A DNA stretch of 64,000 bases, taken from NCBI GenBank assembly GCA_036172245.1, contig JAYWIR010000037.1, positions 930,001-994,000 on the forward strand, given 5' to 3'. The notes below the pieces were generated by a model. That model was not told the DNA's origin, searched no databases, and saw nothing but the letters and a program-made list of their open reading frames with translations. Positions 54,001 to 64,000 of this stretch are shown piece by piece. The translations under genes were made by a program, and so were the position numbers. This DNA comes from Raillietiella orientalis (Eukaryota). The stretch's first letter is position 1; every line of letters begins with the position of its first letter.

Positions 54001-57000
54001 TGGCGCAGGCTGGCCTAGCTCCTAAGAGCGATGTCGGTGCCTCTCTACATCTCGAGTACCAAAAACCAGCATTAAATGCACTGGTTTCCCAGAATCCCAC
54101 GCAAAAATCGGAAAGGATTCTCTTGAATCGTCGGAAACGTGAACATTGGAAGAACTTGCACACTGTGAGAAGTGCCGAATGCTCTCAAATGGAGCCAGAG
54201 CAGCTTCCTGAGGGACTGACTGCTTCTTGAGCAGCTACCTCACATAACTTTGCCTCATGCAAACCGAGAGCTCAAAGTGCAGCTCCGTAATTAAAGCGAA
54301 ATACGAAGGATGAAGCTTCTTTTATTGCTCCGTACTGTAGAGGGCACTTTGTCAAGTTCATCGAGACACGGCGTCTAGGCGTCAACAGGTCCATTTTAGC
54401 ACCCCCCCTCCTCTTTTATCTCTGTAGATTTCGGTACTCCCTGATAGGGTTTCCTGGCTCACTGATCAGAGCATAGACCAAGATAGTCATAAATAAGATC
54501 TTTCTACCCTTTCTTCGTCTCGTTTTGGTCCCTCTTCAACAGTTTCCAGTGAGCTCTCTGGAACATCTACTCGTGACCTAAGAGTGAGCTCCTCTATTTG
54601 TGGCCAACTGATCTTTTTCTTCTAGAGTGTGCGCGTACTGCAAGGAGCTTTCTCATCAAAGGACCCAGGTCACCTCCCGAGAGATCTAGATGACTGGCAA
54701 TTGCCACAAATAGGATGTTTATAGCTTTCGGAGATATTTTATTTGCAGAGACGTTTCGAAGGACTGCTCAAGATGCGAGCCCGATGCCGTCCTCGCCAGA
54801 AAATCTTAAAGAGGTGTCGAAGGAAGAGAAACAACACTTAGCAACTTCTGCCTCTGGCATCAAAAGCAAAGAGGATGACGATGACCTCAAGTATCCAACA
54901 TCATGATTGGTAGACTCTAGTCATAATGTCGAATCAGAGGAATGGATGCCTTGTTCTGGTACTGGAAGGATGAAGGTCGATAGCAGGCGTCGACAGAAAA
55001 TCGTGACAGGAAGAACACAGCATGCATCAAAGATGTGGGCAAGACGGGATTTGTTAGTAATCCTTTTTTCAGCTAAATGTGTTGCAGAATATTCCGGAGG
55101 GGACGGAGTGGTATCTCAAGAACTCGTTGCAATCAAACCAAAAAGGAACGTAATAATTAGTGTATTCTATTTATAAACCACAGATTAAGCATCTTGAAAG
55201 GGAAACAGTTCAACTGAGTGAGGTGTTCCAATATAGGAGACAACTATAGAAATCATCCCATGCTAACCTTGGCAAGAAGAGTGGTTCCTGAAAACAAAAT
55301 GAAGACACGAAAGCATTAGTGTAAACAGGTCAGTTCTTCGGGAACAGAAGAAAAAAATCAGTTATATCTGGAATCTTTCTGAACAGCTTTGAGAATTTTC
55401 AGGAACTTTTCACCAGGTGCAGTGCATCCAACTTGCTGCATAGCTGGTGGAGCACCTTGGTGAACAGCAAGATAACCTTTATGGAGACATTCGATTCCGG
55501 GAGCAAACAGATGCTATAGAAGACCAACACGTGGTTCAGTTATTAAAACGTCAAGCAAAGGCTTCTCAAATTTGTATCCGCACCTTGATTTCTTGAACAA
55601 GCTTGAATGCGATTTTCTCCAAGTACTTAGCTACTTACGTTGCCTTTGGCTGTGCTATACTTAGTTACCATCAGGTAGAAGTAAAATTTGGGTATGATTC
55701 TTCTCGAATAACAAGAAGGATTGTATTTTTCTGTGCTCTATTTTTTAATGGAGACATTAAGCATTGTGTCAACCAAAGGCAGATTACACCTACATTAACG
55801 ATTACTTACAAATCCCACTGAGGACGCGAAAGGGACTGCTGAATTGCATCTAAAACCATCATCATTAGTACCCCATGGATAATACATTTTTGATATCAAA
55901 TTCTCAGAACAACTCCAAATACAACTGATCCAAACTGTTTTCACAAATTCTGTTTACACCGCCGCATTAGCATGTTAATATCGACACATGTGTAATGTGT
56001 TGCTCAATCCGAGCTAGATTCCCCACAGGATTTACGTTATATTTTGTATGCCATCTGTTTTTTTTTTTTTTTTTTTTTATGCACACATTCCATTTTCAAA
56101 ATTTCATCGGTTTATTAAGCTATTTACGTCGGCAGCACTGCTAACCACGTTGTGTTTATTGCTGTATGTATTCCTTATTATGCTGTCTGATACCGCGAGC
56201 GCGATGAATCGATGATGCCTATTCTGATGTAAATGCGTGTCTTTTCCGGATAGGCACGCATTTGCATTTATCTCGAAAAACGCAATTATTTGTTTGCAAA
56301 GAAGCATTGCAGAGAAATTTCTTGATTCTCTCTGCCAAAAGACTCAGCAGGTCAAAGACTCAGCACGTTATGTTGCGCGAGTTCAATTCCATCTGCTTAG
56401 GTACGTACATTTCTTGCACGCCTAGCAGTGGATAGGCAACTGTCCTTCCGCTGCCGCAAGCTTGCTGCCTGAGTACCTTGGTACGTAGTTGTACAGGGCA
56501 GTTCCCTTCTAGGGGAGCAGCGGAATCTAACGGCAGCGAAACTTCGGATGCCACCAGCAGAGCAAGGTGTTTTCCCTGACCGGTAAACTGGTAGAGGCAG
56601 GATCCCCATCCCGCAGGATGCTCTCGATGTACTCTAGGGACATCCTGGAAACCTAAAACGTCGCGAGCATCTTCTGAAAGTTTGCGAAAGTTATTGTATC
56701 TCATCGGGATGATGCGCTTGAAATGCCGAATGATCTGAAATCCGTGGAGGATGCTGAAATTCCTCTGAAGGAACTTTTGTTTTCGAAAACCCCATTGCGT
56801 AACGGATGCATGACGTCAACTTTATTATCAATTAATCAACGATCCGAGATTAAAAGAAAATGATGTTATCATCGTATTTTCCAGATTTACACTCACAACA
56901 ACGTAGATTTACGAGTGAAACATATTTCACCATTTTGTTTTCCTCGGGTTGTGCTCCCGGGACATAAACTCATCAGAATGTAGCATTCGATCAACAACAG

Positions 57001-60000
57001 GCTGCATATGCTGCATCTCCAGATGAAGGGAGAGCCAGGAAACAATGCAGTTTGAAAACATGATGATACAGCTCATTTTGAGAGTGTGTTTGTTTGTCTT
57101 GGCGAATAAGTGCATGTGTTTGCCAAAGTCAAATCCGCACAAAATATTGGGAAATTTGTTTTTCGAAAGCATCACCAGAAGCCAACTTTAGTATTCAATT
57201 AATGAATAGATTTCCTTTGTTCTTATTGTGTGTTTGTTTGTTTTGTTTTCGCTACTGTCAAACTCCTCCATCTTTGAAAAAGTATCATCTCTCTCACACA
57301 CACACAGGCACACACACACGCACGGCCCCCCGCCTCCGAAAAAAAGTGCCCGCTGACCAGTATCTGGAAAGCAAGGAGTGACGAAAGACCTTTTCTCATT
57401 AACTGTTCTTAAGGTTGTCCCTGATCCACCTTTTCTAGTGGACATCCTCACGGCAGAAGGACAGTTCGCGAGTAAATTTCTATACGAAGAAACTAGCGAA
57501 AGGCCATAAATGGTTCGTGAGGAGTTTCCATGGCGATAAAAATTTAATGCACCACTTTGTGAATCTCGTGAGAGGGAGAGAGAGAGAAAGAGAGAAAAAT
57601 AAATTCACGTTTTACATGACCATTGACAACCAAATTAATACATTTGCATAAATGTAGTACACACGTACGCGCGCGTGTTTCAATGTTGAGATACGCGTGA
57701 CTATTGGAAGCCCGTGATGAGATGGAACGTTATTCAAGCGCACAATAACCATAATTTAAAAGAAGGTAAAATACATGCAGCTTGGTTTCTATTACCATTT
57801 GGCAATGTATAGCTCGTTTATTGCATCATTTTTATTTGATTAGATTTATGGGTTCATTAAATCTTCCAGCCATAAAATTATGTTGTGACCGAATACATTA
57901 AGGGCAGAGAAAGTATCTGCTTGAATGAAAGCGAAAGTTTCCCCTCCCCTATAAACACCGGGTTGATGAGGCATCGTCTCTTAATTGAAATTCAGCATTC
58001 GTGGAAAACTTTTGTGTCTGAGTAATCCAAGACGATTTCCAAAAGTCAAATTTCCCGAAGCCATGACCGGGTGCTAAAATTTCCCTGACTTGGCGACACA
58101 CGACCCTTGTGCTTTTCGTACATTACTCTGCGAGAAACGCCTCCTGTGATATACACAGTAACTCTGCATACACGTTGCCGGATAGAATGAATGACAAGAA
58201 TCGGCGATCTCTTTGGAAAACGGTCATTTGAAAGTCCGACGTTTCGTTCCAGATTTACTTGAATTTCAAAAACCTCCTCTGCCTTCCGGATCCACAGGCA
58301 TTCCATAGTCGGGAAAGGAAGAGAAAAATCTAAAACCCGAAACCAGGAGTTCAGTGCAAAGCAGCGAATCTGAATCTGATTCCATCAACTGGAAGACATT
58401 TTGAGACTTCGTGCTTGTCCTTGTCTTGAAAACAATTTATCCGTTGATCGCTGCAAAGGGGAACTGATTCATGGAACTCGGGAATAGTAAATACAGGACT
58501 GCGTGCGATTTTGGTGCAAATAAAAGAGGAAAGGAAATGGAAAGTTTTCACAAAGCAAATAGGCAGACTGATTGATGATATTTAGTGACGCTTTATCCTA
58601 AATGCACACTGCATCTATGTAGAAAATATTTACAAGCTTTGCAATTAATCTACAGTAGTTCGGAGCATAGGAAACAGCTGAAGTGAGCACCTGCGTACGC
58701 CTTGAAAAAAAAAAAAAAAAAACATGCCATTCAGAAAACAGACTGCACGTTAATTCTTCTCAAGGCATCGATATGTGTACATACTTCCATTTGCTTAGAT
58801 ACATACACTCGTAAGTGCATATACCTTTGGGGCAAATGAGCCCATAATAGCCATGTGTGCTTTGCCGCGCATGGGACGAGCGATCCACAATTTGTTACAA
58901 TCACGACAAAGACTGCATCCTCTCGAGATGCACCTATAAATGTGTGACATTCAAGGTACGCAGAAAAGTACATCTCAGAAACGCGCTTGGAAGTGTCTTT
59001 CCTAAATACCACACACTTCCGAGCGTGTGACGAGGTCAGCGTTTCCATTTTTATGTGGTGGCTGGAGACGTTACCAATGCCTATGTTTTATTTGTGGGCT
59101 AGAAGGGGGTCAAGCAGGTCTGCTGATAGCATGGATCGAGTCTTCCAGAAAGCTTCGCTCTTCCACGAATTAGCGATCAAGTCGGAAACCTCAAGAGCGG
59201 CGAACGCACCGGAGCACGCGGCACTCCAAGCAATTCAGCCTTCCAGCAGGGCTTCAACCCAATACCCTCGAGTGATCCGTGGACGCTTTGTGACTCCAAT
59301 TTTGTAGCCTTAGGACTGCTCTGCCTAGGCGTTTCAAGGAGGAGCAAATTAATTAGCCACGTGAAACAGTGAAGGAAAAATCGAATCTCCAGGATCTTCA
59401 ATCCGAAGATTTGGATGGGATGCAGATTGAAGACTAGAATTCCACTCTTCGAGTAGGAAGAAAGTGTCCTTTACGTTACGTTTCTTCACGCCTGAATTTC
59501 AGGGTGATGAGGAATACGAACGAGGGACGTGCCCAGATGGAATCACCCCGCTCCATCAGAAAACTGAGAAAAAGCACCGAATTGCGTGAACCGAAATTCG
59601 GAATTCACCTCCGATCCCAAACGTGCATTCGGAAGTTAAGGATTGGGAATCCGGAGCACAAGGCACGCTGGTATCGAAAAGAGCAAGGGGAAAAATAGGT
59701 CCACTGGGCAAGTGCTGAATAAATTAGGACTGTGGAAACTGATTGCTGACGGAAGACGAGAAGCCAAGTTGCCTTTCGAATTTGGCAACCCAAAGTCAGT
59801 TCCAAACAGAAAAAGCTTCGCTGTCCTCTTTCTTCGTGTTTCTTTCCTGCAGCTTCGGCACGGGGACATTCACGGTAGCCAAAGAAGAAGAAAAAAAATC
59901 AGTGAGAAAAAAATAAAATACAATAAACAAAAAGAACACATTAAGAAGATGGGTAAAGATGTGAAACCTCCGTGGATTTTGCTAAATGACTTTCTCAGAA

Positions 60001-60984
60001 TAAAAAAAAGAACTGAAGATTCGAAGCGCTCTTCTCCCCATGGCGCTTGCGACCGGGACAGGCAGCAGACACAGGCATGGACACCGGTCGTGTTGAGGGC
60101 ATGCTGGAGTTTGGTTTCCAGGGTCTAAAGTCACAAGCATCGCAAGCGCGGATAAAATCCCAGTTCCGAATTCGATTTCCGCACCCATGACCACACTTTC
60201 TCGAGAAAAGAAGTCGTAACTGAAACAAATCACAATGGGCTCTCTTCGCTCTCCGTATCCACATCAGGGAAGCACGTCAAGGATACGCCTTTTGAGAAGT
60301 CGACTCAAGAGAGAAGGCAAGTCTTGAATAGAAAGAAAAAAAGAGACGAGAATTTCCTGCTTCTCGCTTAGGAAGGGAGATAACTGTTGCTGCTGCTGTT
60401 GCTCTCGATTCTAGCAAGAGAAGTTCCAAAGAGAACAATAAAGATTGCGAAGAAACTCACAGTGAGCTAGCAGGTGTCGGCTAATCTCGCCTTCCACGAG
60501 CTCTTTCTTTCTTGGATCCGTTTGCAATAGATCCTTAATCGTAATTTTGATTTCGCTTCCATTCTTCAGCTTCTGGTATTCAAATTACGTGTTTCTCTTG
60601 CACGCTGCCCTTCACCTTGCTCTTCCTTTGCTCCATCCGTCTGTTAGCTGAACTCTGGATCCGTCCATTCATTCATCAGCTGATCTCGCCAGGCTGAAAG
60701 GAGAGGAGAACTGCTGGCTTTGCAGAATTCTGCCGCCTGCGCCGGAGCCACACACCAGCATGTGTTAATAGTTGCAGTATGAAGCCACTCATCCTCAGCA
60801 TGTCTTCCTCTAGATCGTGAGAGCATAAACTTCACATTCTACTCCACTGCCTCTTGCCTGAATCAGGAGAACAAAATACTCGGAAACTTCTTCCATTCCG
60901 GAGGAAACCTGAAGACTGTCTAGGAGGTTCTTACATCCCTACTTCGATGCCGACTGTGCTCCTTCGAGGTTCGCTAATTGCTGC

Positions 60985-61641
60985 AGAACCGTTCGCCTAC
61001 TTAGGAGAGACTCACAGAGTTCTTTAACACAGTGCACACCACTTCAGGGTGCGTGTCACTGTTCAGATTTTAGGGGGCAACCCCGGAGGGACCACCTTAT
61101 GAATCCAGGAAAGCTCGGGAATAAGAAGTCCGTTTCTTTTGCGCTTGGGAAGAAACTCCGAAGGGAACCTCTTCCTTATCCTCACAGGACGGTCCCTTGG
61201 GGGGGTCACTCCTCGTTTCTTTTCCAAAGGGAAGCGCTCCTCTGAAGAGAACCCCAAAGGGAGATCCTAATTTCTCCGAAGGACGCTCCCCGAAGGGAGT
61301 GGCGCTCTTCTGACACTCTGGAGAGGCGACTCCTGTGGGGAGGACATCAACCATCTCCATGGTACACTCTGTTTCGCAGCCGGAGGAGGACTCCGAAGTG
61401 AACCAGCTCTTTGATTCCTGGAAGGGTCCCGGATGCTCGACTTCCAATCCCGGACAGTAAACGGGAACATCTAGATTTTACCAGTACCGCACCCGAAGCC
61501 CGTGGGTCAACTAGCGTCGTCCTGCGTGGAGGACCCGAAACCCACGACGCACCGCCCATTTCTCGGCGTCGATTTTCCACGTGGGGATTCGAACCCGCAG
61601 CGCTTTATCACATCGGAGACTGTGGGCAACACGGCAACCAA
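60985..61641 (-). mobile_element. tRNA-headed SINE-like element, copy D (diverged, near full length)
   Basis: B-box at 61585-61595 (GGTTCGAATCC on the minus strand), body collinear with copies A-C, same 3' terminus GGCGAACGGTTCT (60985-60997). Confidence 0.8.
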
Positions 61642-64000
61642 CGCGGCCCAACACCTTTGAGGAGCTGTTCAAGACAAAACAACAATGTTGAGGAGGAACT
61701 GCTGCAGGTAATTTTCCGCAAGGTTCGTTGGAAGTCAGCTGAAGGCTTTCAGCAACAACAATCCGTGTGACGGATCAGGAACAGGAATCAAAGCTCAGTC
61801 TTGGTCACCTGAGAAGTCCCTCTTTTCTGGGAGGTGCTCTCCCAGGTTGTTTTCTCTTTAGGAACCAAGGATGACGGCAGCCAGATCTAAAGTGCCTAAG
61901 AGATCCAAAGGCGAGAGCACTGTTTCTGAGCTCTTCTACTTCAGCTTCGAAAGTTTCCATCCGTGGGAGTCTCGGACACAATGCAGACGGATTTGCCCAT
62001 GGACTCGGAGCCACGTTGCAGCTACCGGTCAGCCAAAACAAGCTTCCGAAGAACCATTGCTTCTGAAGAACCTATGCTTCCTTGCAGAAGTACACAGCAG
62101 GAAGCAGTAAATCTTTCGAAGTCCAGCAGCTATCGTTTTTTCCTCTGTAAAGAGAGAGGGAGAGAGCTCTTTCCCTCCCTGGGATCTGTTTCGAAACTCC
62201 CGTTCGATGGGTTCGCCGTTCCCGCGTGGGGAAGGACTCTTTGCTGGTTTTCCGAATGGATTCTAGTCTCCGCGTCTGGAGCTCAGCCCGATTTCGATTG
62301 AACACGATGTTCGCGAACGTGACCACAGCGGCAACAGAGAGGAAAAATGCCGACCTTTCGACCTGGAAGAGTGTCTCCACGGTCTTTCCCGAGTGAAGAA
62401 AGCCCCCAGCATATTGATCACTCATTCGCTTGAGGACGTGTCCGCTGCCGCCATCAGCAAAGGAGGGCAAAACCTTTCCAGGTCGCCCACGAAGCAAGCG
62501 GTTAACAAAGTGAGTGTTGCCAGCAAGAAGCAGGTGAGCATTCGAAAGGTTTCCACTGCGAAGACATACCTCCGGACCAAACAGGGAATGTGCATACGAA
62601 AGAAACATAGGTAACCGGGTTCCCGGCCCTTCCGAAGAGGGTAAGCCACCTTATGCTTCCTCCTCCCTCTTCTACCGAATATTCCCTTTCAGGTGCTCCT
62701 TCCTTCTTGCCGTGATCCAAACGGAACGACCCACCTCCCCTCTTCTCTTCGCAGCCGTGCACGTCAGGGCGCGTGTTGGTGAACGGGGAAGGACCGAGTG
62801 GCTCCGAGAGAGGTGGAGTCCGCTCCTGGCGGCGAGCTAGCGATCCAGAAGGTTCATTCCAGGATTTCGCGGCCTTCGAAAGCAGCATTCGCCTGCCCCT
62901 ATCTGCAGCTCAATCTCGGACTGCTATCTTTCCAATTAAAAGCGTGAGTGCGATCGAAAAGAGATCTCTTTTCGCATCAAATTTGGCGGTCGGCCGCACT
63001 CTCCCTCGACGCCCGGATCCGCACCGCCGGCTACGACGAAGGAGCGCTACTGCGCGGGACTGCCCGTGGCGTTTGCGGTGTCGCCGCCTCTCAGTGCCAG
63101 GCGTTCCCCTGAGCTGACTTTCCCCCCTGTTCCGGTCCGGGGAGTGGCCTCCCCTCTGGAGACAAATCTCTTCCGAGCAGCACCTTGCGGCTCCGGCGAG
63201 CCGCTCCCGCAATGGCGCCCACCGGCTCCGAGTTCCCCTCTCTAGCTCGGAGGCGAGAGCGATGGTAGTTGGGTGTGGGAGGGATGGAAACGGAGCCAGG
63301 GGCCTGTCCACTCGCGACGTCTCGAGTTCCAAGCCCATTCCCAAACGTCTTCCGTGCCAGTGGACTTCCGCGTTGACGCCGCCGTCCGTCCATGCTGACC
63401 AAGGACCGAATTCCGAATCATCTCCGATCCAGGAGATGGTCCTACCAGCTGCCCACACACGATCAATTTCTTCAATAATGAAATCGCGCTGATGGCGCAA
63501 ACAATGGAACCTAATTGGAGTAAAGAATTCTGTGGAGGATGGAGCGAATATGTGCCCTGCGGCAGTATTTGATATTTTCTTTTCTAAGAGTGAACTCTTC
63601 AAGTGGAGAGACACCCTTGAAGACCACACATAAATCTGCAAGGAGAGTAAAGCGTATCTGTCCAGAAAGAAAAAGAGAGAGGGGAAAAAAACAGAATTCG
63701 AGTTTAACACTGAGAGCGTCGACGCTCTTCAGGCTAGAGCGGCGTCGCCAGGTTTTTCGTGGGCATGGATACGTGCGCCAACCCGAGCTGGGATAGGTTG
63801 ATTGCTTTACTGTAACGCAGTGCCTTTTATTTATTCAGTGCTTGGGACAAACACCCGGATGTATATATATTTTTATCTGGACTCTTTCTGCCGCTCGGGG
63901 AAAATCCTGACATTCACGCACACCCGAGGGGCAAATCACTGAAGCCTTCCCGATTCCTAATAAGCGCCTCTCATGCGTTCGTGAAGATCCCTGGAGGTCT

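Noticed and set aside
53400..55700. Possible further TE relics (PKYLRE...RLLY...EHWKNLH on +; AT-rich block at 54.7-55.7 kb)
   Set aside because: The motifs are too eroded to assign a family.

Overview
This is GC- and CpG-rich eukaryotic DNA, probably from an animal. An arthropod or other protostome origin is inferred from the FoxG tail and a TCAGT initiator, but not established. The only convincing intact gene is a single-exon FoxG/sloppy-paired-type forkhead transcription factor (32668-34281, +). It has two eh1 motifs, long acidic tracts and a His8 run, and is flanked by plausible promoter and enhancer motif clusters. Most of the remaining sequence is decayed transposable element: L1/Tx1-like LINE pieces, a Gypsy-like integrase relic and a PIF1/Helitron-like helicase relic. 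Three structures stand out. (1) A 1,295-bp near-perfect inverted repeat (2788-4082 / 8016-9310) whose arms are the 3' end of an already disrupted LINE. (2) Four copies of a ~730-bp tRNA-headed SINE-like element that is strongly enriched in cUUCGg tetraloop hairpins and ends in a fixed non-poly(A) terminus, suggesting a highly structured mobile RNA. (3) An isolated 58-nt, pre-miRNA-sized hairpin at 50957-51014. Nearly all short ORFs in the supplied track look like noise. All comparisons were made by eye; no searches were run.
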